Assembly (NCBI RefSeq): GCF_022045235.1
Contig: NW_027266343.1
Span: forward strand, 30,442,001-30,506,000
DNA: 64,000 nucleotides
From: Haliotis cracherodii
Lineage: Eukaryota
Reading direction: 5' to 3'
Shown piece by piece: positions 40,701-52,700 of the stretch; positions within the stretch are counted from its first letter, which is position 1, and the number at the start of each line of letters is the position of its first letter. Below the pieces are notes generated by a model. It had not been told where the DNA came from, searched no databases, and saw only the letters and a list, made by a program, of their open reading frames with translations. Made by a program: the position numbers and the translations under genes.

Positions 40701-43700
40701 CGGTCGATTCCAAGAAAACGTGTGTACAGCTGATTGCTGTTTTCGGCTTAGTTTACGAGAAAATACACAAGGTAATCTTAATCCCTAGATATAAAACAAT
40801 GCCTAGCAGAACAATCAATACTATTTAAATGGTAAATAAACATGTCTGGTGGTTTTTTATCTCAAATTTCGAATTTGTACTGACGAAGTTTCTCAGCACC
40901 CGTTCGTTTGCCGGACTTCGCTGAAAGGGTACGGTGTAAATTTTTTCTGCGCATAATATTCAAATTTCTTTTTTTTCCAAAATATTGAACCCACTAGAGG
41001 GGGGTGCGCATTATACATGGGTGCGCACTATACTCAAGAAAATACGGTATAAAGGATATTTTTACCCTAAAAAGTACAAGTTTTTAATTTATCCTTCATT
41101 AGTCCTTAATGCATGTAATGCTTACATTTACATTAGTCCGGACTAGTACAAGCACACGCACACGCACACGCACACGCACAGACAGACAGACAGACGTACA
41201 TGGACATCATCATAGAAGTTCAACAATCTTAAACATGACGTTAAACCCCATTTCGCCTCACCTTCACCTCACCTGTGTGTTTTATAAGCATATCTCCAAC
41301 ATAGATGCAGACCAATTTTCTATTACTTTGTCCATCATTTCCCCATATTTTAGAGTGTGATTGTATCTGTGGTCTATGTTTAAGTTATTAATGTAGCTCA
41401 CTTCTCTCCCCTGTTGCAGGTCCACACCAACTTTGTCAACTGCGTTCGCTTCTCTCCCGCAGGGGATGTGTTCATCACAGGTGGTGCTGATGCAAGGGTA
41501 CGAGAAATAGGCCCATGTGATGATCAGGGTTAGAACTGGTCTTCAGCCACCCATGCTTGCCGTAAGAGGTGACTAAGGGGATCGGGTGGACAGGCTTGCT
41601 GACTTGATGCATGTCACTGTATCCCAATTGTGTGGATCAATGCTCATGGTGTCAATCACTGGATTGTCTGTTCTGGACTTCTGTCCAACGTCATATGGCA
41701 GGAATATAGCCGAGTGTGGTGTTAATCAACAAACAAACAAACAAACAAAGACCAACAAGGTCCCATATTGCCAGTGTGACCAACCCTTGCTATGGTCCAC
41801 GGTAGGGATGCCAGGTCAGAGTATGAGCCAGTACCTGTGCTTGTCGTAAGGCTCATACATTTACAATGTAGCTCGTGTCACTCGTTTTGGAGATTATGTG
41901 TTTTCAGACTGGTATTTTTTGGTATCTGATACACAGAAGATACCAGTGCAAATTACAACTTCAAAGTGAAGGAGATTACTCTTAACTTCTTATAAACATA
42001 GGGACGCAGTTGGCCCTGTCATCTCAGGCAAAACAGTTAGCTATTGTCAATTTGTTACCTCCCTTGATTAAGCGTTGCTATGGTTACAACAGTGCCAAGC
42101 TTCTCAACTGTGCAATTATTCCCAACAAGAGGGGAAAAGCCAAGGTTTTCTGCTCTTAACACATCAAAGGGCAATGTATACAATTCCAGGCAATGCTCAG
42201 CCCTACCGGAAACCCAGACTCACCCTGATTGTTTTATGAGTTGTCGGCGCCTAACTTTGACAGTGATGCATCTAAAGAGTTTTCCTTTCGTGACATGATG
42301 AAATGACTCTTTGTTTTCCAGGCTTATGTGTTTGATGGCAAGACTGGGGAGCAGATTGGTGAACTGGGTGCTCCAGCCCACGGAGGCGGCATCTATGCAG
42401 TAAGCAGCATGTTTCAGCTGGTCAGACAGACCATGTTTGGTATTTTTATTATCTCCCCCCGGCATATAATGCGGGATATATAGTCTTCATCTTGTCATCC
42501 GTGTTTCATATTGCATTTCCGGAGCATAACTTGGAATCAGTGAAAGATTTTCATCCAAACTTGTTTTAACCAGGGGCTGATGTGGTGCCTTTTGCTATTG
42601 TAGGGGCTGGGGGTACTGATGACCCTTGCTGTCACATGACTCTTGCTTGTTGCAAGAGCTGATGACAATGGGTCAGATGGTCAGCCTTAGGTTGATTGGG
42701 TGTCCCACAGTATGGGGCGATGCTTGTAATATCAATCACTGGTTTGTCTGTCCCAGGCTGACTTATTACATACCACCGCCGACCCTTGAAGATCCAGTTT
42801 AGAATAGGTCTTCAGCAACCCATGATTGATGTAAGAGACGATTAGCGGGATCGGGTGGTTCGGCTTGCTGACTTGGTTGATGCATGTCATCGTATTCAAA
42901 CTGCGTAGATTGATGCTCATAATGTCAATCACTGGATTGTCTGGTCCAGATTCAATTATTTACAGACCGACATCATATAGCTGGAATATTGCTGAGTGCG
43001 GCGTTAAACAAACAAACAAACAAATAAACAAACACCATACCTCTGTCATGCAGCTGTAATATTATTGAGATCTGTGTTTAACAATCAAATAAAATAATGC
43101 TATTAATGATTCCCTTGTGTTTGTAGGAGTATTACCAGTGTCTGTCTGTATTTACGATGTTGATTGAACCGCTCCTAGTTGATACAGTATCACATTAATG
43201 TTGCCCACTGATTCCCTTCTTTCCCAGCTTGACTTCAGCCCAGATGGAAGTCAAGTGCTGACTGTGTCAGGAGACAAAACCGCCAAGATATGGGATGTTC
43301 CCTCCAGACAGCTTGTCACGTGAGTGAGAATTGGTGGCGCAAATTTAACAAACATGATGATTAACACCCAAATGACTCATTGCAGTGACATTTACTGTGC
43401 AAAGCCACAATATGTACTAATAACTATCTGTTTTGAGCAGGCATGCTTGTCATAAGAGGCGACTAACAGAATTTGGGTGGTCAGGGCTTGCTGACTCGGT
43501 TGATACATGTCATCGTTTCCCAACTGCGTAGATTGATGCTCATGATGTCAATCAATGGATTGTCTATACTTACAAATAACTATATAAACATATTATTTTG
43601 TTGCAATCTACTTATTAAACTTGATGTATTCACTGGGGGCGGTCAAGTAGACCCGGGTTCGATTCCCGACATGAGTACAATGTGTGAAGCCCATTTCTGG

Positions 43701-46700
43701 TGCCACCCGTTGTGATATTGCTGGAATATTGCTAAAAGTGGCATAAAACCAAACTCAATACTCAATCACTTACATATTCACCAGTGTGTGTTGGTGAATT
43801 TACATGTTGGTTAGTGTTTCCTAAAGCTGTCAAATTTATTTCTTGGTGTGTACAATCTGTCCCAGATAAATTCTGCTGTAAATTTATCAAAATTCTGTTA
43901 TAGAATTTCAGATTTTGGTTTAACATGTCAGCTTTATGTAGTCATAATACCACAAGAGTGTGAAAAAAGATAATTATTTATTTCATTCTTTTCATTGTAG
44001 GGTTGGATCTTGTATGTTTGGAAAGCATGTTAAATGTTCGAGTACAAAATTTGATAGAAAAATACGATAATGGTGGAAAGCTTCTGCAATTCTGCAGTAG
44101 GTGACTTTTTCTGCAAATCTTTCTGGGAATTTGTCTGGGACTGTACAAATATGAGTGTCTGTAAGGTCTGTTTATGTTGGATCAGTGAGTTCCGAATGGG
44201 CACCGAGGTCCGAGACATGCAGGTGGGCTGTCTGTGGCAGGGGTCACACATACTGACTGTGTCCTTGTCTGGACACATCAACTACTTGGACAAGAACAAC
44301 CCCACTACGCCTCTCCGTATTATCAAGGTGAGAACCTCACATCTATATATAATATATTATTGTAGAACTGATTGTGTGTCACTGTACCCCTGATTGTCTG
44401 GTGGTTTGTCTGGGCTCGTGTGGCCAAGTGTTTCTGTGTCTGGTGGTTTGTCTGGGCTGGTGTGGCCAAGTGTTTCTGTGTCTGGTGGTTTGTCTGGTCC
44501 GGTGTGGCCAAGTGTTGCTGTGTCTGGTGGTTTGTCTGGTCCGGTGTGGCCAAGTCTTGCTGTGTCTGGTGGTTTGTCTGGGTCTGTGTGGCCAAGTATT
44601 GCAGTGTGTGGTGGTTTGTCTGGGTCTGTGTGGCCAAGTCTTCTTGTGCAGTGTCGGGTGGTTTGTGTGGGTCTGTGTGGCCAAGTCTTGCTGTGTCTGG
44701 TGGTTTGTCTGAGCTGGTGTGGCCAAGTCAACACCATGCTAGTGTATGCCAATTATTAAATGTATAATGCTTGTATGACTTCAGGTTTCCTCCCAATTTC
44801 AGCTGGGTATGAGGTAACTGAAGTATTGTTCAAAGCTATGTAACCCATATGTTTTAGTAAACATTGTCATTATATATTTCAGGGCCACAACAAGCCAATC
44901 ACAGCGCTTGCTGTCACGACAGACAATTCCAGGATTTACACGGGTACCAGTGAGGCAGCTATTAATATCCTTACAATTAGAAGCTAAGTAGCTGATATAT
45001 CCAGGCGTGTGATAATAATTGTTCAGAGATGCCAACAATTATCCTTCTAGTGTGATAATTCCACTTTTGAGCCTAATATTATGCAAGTTTGCTTGTTCTC
45101 CCCAAATGTTTTACACTTTTTTTCATGAATTATCAACACACTTAAAATATGGAGATCAAATTGTTAATGTACTAATAAAGTGAAGCTATCGACAGGGAAC
45201 TAATTGTATGTACAACAGTATTTCTAGAAACACCACTCCGTGATACAGTTAATATTGTCACATGATGCATTTTATGAACATGTGGAGACGGCATGTTTTG
45301 GCAGGAATACAGTATCCCAACACTCTTCTCTCGCTTCGCTAAATTAATGGGCTTTGGCGGGGGCTGGACCCCACATAACTGCTTGAATTAAATGCTTTCA
45401 TATGTAAGTGTAATTTGTAATTACCAAAGTTAGTTGGAGTGTTGATGGATGTCACTGATAAGGTTGTTGCATCTCGTTATGGAACTTCTATTTCCAAGTA
45501 CTTTTGTGTTGATGTCCAATTTTTTTTAATGTTTTGTCATTTTAAACCATTCAAACTTTTTCACCCTATTTTTCAAATAGTGACATTGTCCTGTGTGGCT
45601 AGCATCAGACCATGGTTCACATGTGTCTAGGTTTAACGAAAACGTTGAAGTGAAAACCTGCACCATGGTACTATTTACATTTCTGGAATTACACTTTTGG
45701 GTTGGCATCTGCTTTTTGTTCATCTTCCAAGTCAGCAATGAGTTCATTGAGAATGGTCATAGGTGGAGACACTACAGCAGCGTCGTGACTTTGCATTACA
45801 TCACTGCCACAGGCTAACTTCCATGTCACGTGACTGGACTTTTCTCTTGTAAACAAACATGTTTATTCTGAAGTAGGAACCGACTGGCCTAATGCAAGGC
45901 TTTAGCTGCGCTTTATGTATTGTTTTGCATTATTGTATAGAGAGGGGGCACGGGTGGCCCAGTCGTCTAAGGCGCCGCGATTCGCTGTGCAGAGTTGCGT
46001 CCCTTGGGCACGCCAGAAACCTATGATTGTGGGTTCGAATCCCGGTTCACCCTGATTATGTTTCCAGGTTTGTCAGCACCATACCCGTGCTCGTGGGTTT
46101 CACCGAAGTGGTAAACGTCTGAGACCTGCATCACTTCGGTCTTTCCTCCGACATTAAGCTGACACGCCTCGATATAACTGGAATACTGTTAAAAGCGGCG
46201 TTAAACCCAACTCACTCACTACTGTATAGATATGCTATTAAAGCTGCGACAGTGAGGTGCATGACCAGAAATTTAATACATTAAAGTATTGCGAGCTCTC
46301 TGTAGGGCTTCGATGACAGCACATGGAGCCGTACAACCAATGTAAACAAACTACACACATGGAAATAGTTTTTCATGTTTTGGGATATTTTCACAATGAA
46401 AGTTAACCATTCCATGACATATGTTTATCAAAATGTGTAGACTCGTGAAAAAAGAAAGAGATGAAAAACATATGCAATACAGTAAACTATGGTTACAACG
46501 AACCTGAAGGGACCACTAATTTTAATTTGTAATAACTGTAGTTCGTTATAAGCATACATACAGCATATATACAACAAATGGTCGGGACTGAAAAATAAGT
46601 TTGTTTTATCAGTTAGTTTGTTATATATGTGTTTGTTATAAACGTAGTTAACTGTATCTTGAATGGACTGTAAGATGTGACAATCATCACATAACGATGG

Positions 46701-49700
46701 CCTGTGGAAGAGGTAGACGTATGTAACTCTGGGTAGGAGAGTGAGGTAGAGACTTTCCTTAACATGGTCACATTACTGGAACGTGTCCTCCGGTGAGTCG
46801 GAAGAGATGAAAGGTAAAGGTCATTCCTCTCAGGTGCAGGACATGTCCATGGACGGGGACACATTCACAACTGTTGGCTTCGACGACACACTGAGGGACA
46901 CCAGCGCAGTCAGTAATGAATATAGGTAAGTTTGGTAGAACAGTGTCTCCAATCTTGGGTATAAACTGAATATTGACCTGAGAAATATGGCTTGAAACCA
47001 GTAAATTCATGGGCTGATGGTTCTTATGATATGATATTCCTTTGACCAGTAAGCATTCTCTCACCTGTACTGTACACACCTCTCAGTTAGCCTGATTGGT
47101 GACGACTGAACAAGAACATTAAGGGATCATCCATATTTTGGGGATATTCTTTTGCGGTGGAGACTTGGCACACAATTTCATGAAAATATCCTGATTTACT
47201 GATCTTGTCAGGGACGTACATATACAGGGCAACACATAAACACACAACACACACACAAAACACACAAAACACACACACAACACACACACAACACACACAC
47301 AACACACAACACACACACACACACACACACACATGCTCATGATGTCAATCACTGGATTGTCAGATCCAGACTTGTTTATTTACCGATCACGTCAAATAGC
47401 TGGAATATTGGTGAGTGCGGCGTTCAACAAAGAACATAGCAACGAAACAAACAAACCCTGACAATGTAGGTAACAACATATGTCTGAACAAACAAACCCT
47501 GACAATGTAGGTAACAACATATGTCTGAACAAACAAACCCTGACAATGTAGGTAACAACATATGTCTGAACAAACAAACCCTGACAATGTAGGTAACAAC
47601 ATATGTCTGAACAAACAAACCCTGACAATGAAGGTTACAACATATGTCTGAACAAACAAACCCTGACAATGTAGGTAACAACATATGTCTGAACAAACAA
47701 ACCCTGACGATGAAGGTTACAACATATGTCTGAACAAACAAACCCTGACGATGAAGGTTACAACATATGTCTGAACAAACAAACCCTGACAATGAAGGTT
47801 ACAACATATGTCTGAACAAACAAACCCTGACAATGTAGGTAACAACATACGTCTGAACAAACAAACCCCTCAGTGTACGTAAAAACATTTATCATATAAT
47901 GGGTAGGTTTCTCGGCAGGATTAAGACAACGGATAAAAATGATATCCGTTGGGTTCATATGCGGATAGAGATGCATATATCAAAGGTCAAGTAGGACTAC
48001 TTTCACTGTTTATAAACAAACATGGCGTCGCCCTCATCATTCGGCGATCGAGTCAGAATTAACCATCGGGAATCTGGATAAACTACAGGGATAATTGCTA
48101 TCATTATCAAAAGAACAGTCTAATATACTGAAAATCAGTGTCTAACTGTGACGTAGCTAAGGCATTTTATAAGTTTTGGCAACTTTGGAGATATAAATTT
48201 CGAAACAATTTTGCGAGGGCATGAGGCGTAGCCAAGCGGGATCAGTAGCCATATCTGTGCTTGTGGACCTCTCCTCTGCTTGTGAAACCGTCTCCACAAA
48301 TCAAAATAGTTGGATTTGGCCGAAATATGTTTGAATTGTTACCTTGTTTTCGCCAAGGCTCGCTAAATACAATGTTTATTCCGAATGCAGGATATTTACC
48401 ATCCCCAAACACACTCGCATGATAACCTCTATATATCTGAACAGCTTGAACTGCAACATCCTTCTGAAATGAATAAAAAAGGGGAAAAAATCATAAACCA
48501 AAAAAAGCCTTATAGTTTGATTGTTGTTTCAGTTTGAACAGCAATAAGCTGGACTCCCAGCCGAAGAGCGTCAGCAGGAAACAAGGAATGTCGGTTGTGG
48601 CTTGCATCAACCATGTGAGTATACACTCATTGACGATTCATTTGTACCAGCTTTGATAACTTTGCCTATCACTGATACTTGTGAAAATGGTTTGATGATA
48701 GTTGTTGTGAGACTTCATTAGGATACACTGATACTACAATATACTCTTGCAGTGCTAGTGTCCTGAGGGGATTCTCGGTTAGAATAGGTCCCTAGCTACC
48801 TAAGCTGATCATAAAAGACTAACAGGATTGGGTGGGCAGGCTCGGTGATGGTGTGTCATCACAACCCCAATGACGTGGATCATTCCTCACAATGTCGGTC
48901 AATGTATTGGTCAAGGCTTGATTATTTACAGGCCGCTGGAATATTGCTAAGTGCGGCAACACACATGCAGTCCTTTTGTCGACTTGGTCAATGAACCTAT
49001 CACACTGTCTGTCTGTGGACCAGGGTAAAATACAAAATACAAAACAAGGTTTGTGTACAATATGTAAATTAAATTGCCATTACCCAGTTAATGTCTGATG
49101 TCGGACTGTCTGTGTTGTAGGTGATGGTGTTGGAGGGAAACCACAAGCTGTCTGCGATTCCTGCCAAGTTTGATCCTCAGTGTGTGGACATACATCCAGG
49201 CATGTCACAAGTAGCAGTTGGAGGGGTAAGTCACAGCAGCATCAATGGATTGAGTGCACATCCCAACCCCCCCTGCCCATCCCAACCCCTCATCTCATTC
49301 CACACCCTCATCCCCATCCCAACCCCTCATCTCATTCCACACCCTCATCTCAGTCCCACCCCCCTCACCATCCCAACCCCTCATCTCATTCCACACCCTC
49401 ATCCCCATCCGAACCCCTCATCTCATTCCACACCCTCATCTCAGTCCCACCCCCCTCACCATCCCAACCCCTCATCTCATTCCACACCCTCATCCCCATC
49501 GGAACCCCTCATCTCATTCCACACCCTCATCCCCATCGGAACCCCTCATCTCATTCCACACCCTCATCCCCATCGGAACCCCTCATCTCATTCCACACCC
49601 TCATCCCCATCGGAACCCCTCATCTCATTCCACACCCTCATCCCCATCGGAACCCCTCATCTCATTCCACACTCTCATCCCCATCCCACCCCCCTCCCCA

Positions 49701-52700
49701 TCCCAACCCCTCATCTCATTCCACACCCTCCTTTCCATCCCACCCCTCCTCCCCATCCCATCCCCCCCATCCCATCTCCCTCCCCATCCCAACTCGTCAT
49801 CGCATTCCACACCCACCTTTCCATGCCACCCCTCCTCCCCACACCACTATCTCCCCCCCCATGCCTACCCCCTAATCACCACCCCACCCTTCCTCACAAT
49901 CCCCCATCCTCCTACCCTCACCCAAACCCACCCACCCTTCCTCCCCTCCCCCATCTCTCACCCTCAACACAAAGTTATTCTCATGAGATAAACACAGGAG
50001 TGAAAGTTTATGCCTGAAAACTAGGGAATACAACTTATATGAGGAAAACATTATCTAAGACCACCCATGACTTTATTTTATTTTCAGAGTGATGTGTTTG
50101 TGGTGTACCAACTCAGTAATGGTACTTTGTCTGAGGTGAAGAGGATCTCAATTCCTGAGTGTACAGTGAATAGCGTCCGGTACTCGCCAGATGGCGCCAC
50201 CCTTGCCGTTGTAGGGTCGAACAAGAGGGTCATGGGCTACAGTGTTGACACTTATGAGGTGAGTGTGTGTTGTGTTGATCAAGTAATCTTTATCTCTGGA
50301 GCTCCATCATGAGCGAAGCCAACGAGGCTGAAAGAGAGAGATGTTTCTGTCTTGTTTTTTATGGGGTCAAAAAGGGGTGGAATGAAGAGTTGTGTCCCTT
50401 AGCCAAGTCAAGATCCACTAATAGTCACATTAAATTCTTTGCATATATCAGTAACATTCCTGGGCATATGGGTTTCCCCAAGTACTAAATGTAGACGTCA
50501 ATGTCACTTGGTTTCCTTCAAAAACAAGTTGACATATCATCAGTTTATGAACACTGTCCACAGCTGTGTCAATCTATACTTGATCTAACAAAAAATACTT
50601 TCCTCAAAATTTAGGGGCACAGGTGCCCAGTCGCCTAAGGTGCCGCAATTCGCTGTGCAGAGTTGCGTCCCTTGGGCTCACCAGAAACCTATGATTGTGT
50701 GTTCGAATCCCGGATTGCCCCGATTATGTTTCTAGGTTTGTCAGCACCACACCCGTGCTTGTGATTTCTACAAAGAGGTAAACGTCTGAGATCTGCATCA
50801 TTTCGGGCTTTCCTCCCACATTAAGCTGACACGCCGTGATATAACTCAAATACTGTTGAAAGCGGCGTTAAACCCAACTCACTTACTCCATATTTATGGA
50901 CATTGCAAGGGCAGGTAACTCTGAACAAATTTTCTGACATGGCAAGGCTTTAAAAACGATAGGTAATAAGTGACTGGCCCATACAAATTATTACTGATGG
51001 CCTGCCAGTTTAATCCTGTCATGATTTGTGGTTAGAATAGATTCCCAGCAACACGTGTGGCTTGTAAGAAGGTTTGTGGGGCCTGAGGTCACTTCATTGA
51101 GCTGGTTGATTGCTCATCCTCGTGCCACAATGATGTGGAGTATTGCTTGCTATATCAATCACTGGATTGTCTGGTCCACACTTAATTTTCAGGCTGCCGT
51201 CATTTGAGTGCGGCTATAGACAACAAACAAGCCAGTTTAACATGGACATGCTGTTTGAACAGTGACCTGATATTTCACATTATAGCTAAAATGGATAGAA
51301 TTATCATTAAACCGCCCGCCTGTTATCAAAAATGAGCGGGCCACTGTAACCTCATATTTCTTGATGGGCCATTATCACGCCCGTTGTTAGGTGACGTCAT
51401 AGGATAGGGATATGTGACGTCATGTTCAACAGTGATGTCATCTGGTTTGTTCTATGACATTTCCATATTTGTAAAAGTGGGTCAGTGACAGTCGTGTTGA
51501 TTGCAGTAAATGTTTGAAAACTGATATTGTTGTTTCTTTCTATTTCATAAAAAATTCCGTCCATTTTAGCTATAATAACGGTAACTCTGTTTTTCAGGGC
51601 ATTATCATTTGCAGAAACCCTCAGTCTTTTCAACTGCCCTCCTTCGTCGTTCAGTAAATGGAAGACCTCAGGCTTCTGCAAATGATTATGCCCTGAAAAG
51701 TAGCATTACCCTTATAGTACTAGAATCTGTATATTTGGCTGATTTCATTAACAGAACGAGAACCTGTACAGAGTGTAAATATAATGCATTTCAAACAGAG
51801 CTGGCAATTTCTTTACGTCCTACGATAACGAACTAGCTCTTACTTTGTTGTTAAACATGTTAAAATCTAATGAAAAATATTAAAATGCTCCAATATCTTG
51901 TTTTATTTTAACCTAGATCTGTATCTGGGGAAGAATAGGTCTTCAGCAATTTCTTTACGTCCTACGATAACAAACTAGCTCTTACTTTGTTGTTAAACAT
52001 GTTAAAATCTAATGAAAAATATTAAAATGCTCCAATATCTTGTTTTATTTTAACCTAGATCTGTATCTGGGGAAGAATAGGTCTTCAGCAACTCATGCTT
52101 GCCGTTAAAGGCGACTATGCTTGTTGTAAGAGGCGACTAACGGGATTGGATGGACAGGCTCGCTGACATGGTTGATACATGTCATTGTATACCATAGCGT
52201 GAATCGATGCTCATGATGTCAATCACTGGAATGTCTGTTCCAGACACGATTATTTACAGACTGCCATCGTATTGCTTGAATATTGCTAAGTACGGCGTTA
52301 AACAACAAGCAAACAAATGAAATATTTGAACCTCACCAAAAAAGACTGTTTCCGAAAAAAATTGATAAACTGTCCTTCAAACAAAGTTGTGCCTGGAAAT
52401 TTGACAAGATTGCTTTCTTGTAAGATGATTGAAAATATTGCACTTAATTGTTTCAATGTTGCAGGAATTGTTTCAATGTTGCAGGAATTGTTTCAATGTT
52501 GCAGGAATTGTTTCAATGTTGCAGGAATTGTTTAGCTCTGTGGCTCATGCTGCCCGTGTTTGTGACGTAGACTGGTCACCTGACTCGAGTCACTTAGCAA
52601 CCTGCTCTATTGACAGCGGCATTGCAGTATGGATTCCGGTGAAGTCGTTGCAGAATAGAGTAGCTACAGTGAAAGGTATGTTACTATGGTTACTGTATGT

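Larger units (their letters stand above)
44965..46771 (+). other. U12-type (minor spliceosome) AT-AC intron of WDR1
   Basis: 5' site ATATCCTT at 44965, branch site TTTCCTTAAC at 46754-46763, 3' AC at 46770-46771. Splicing restores A|AT TAC TGG (N-Y-W). Confidence 0.95.

Noticed and set aside
44323-44767. Cluster of overlapping 100-130 aa ORFs
   Set aside because: Translations of a 42-bp minisatellite.
45944-46055. tRNA gene (also 60868 and 61573)
   Set aside because: The tRNA-like heads continue into multi-copy SINE bodies with microsatellite tails, and I could not fold a complete cloverleaf.
49121-50017. Pro/His-rich ORFs in three frames
   Set aside because: C-rich intronic minisatellite; only 49121-49225 is coding.
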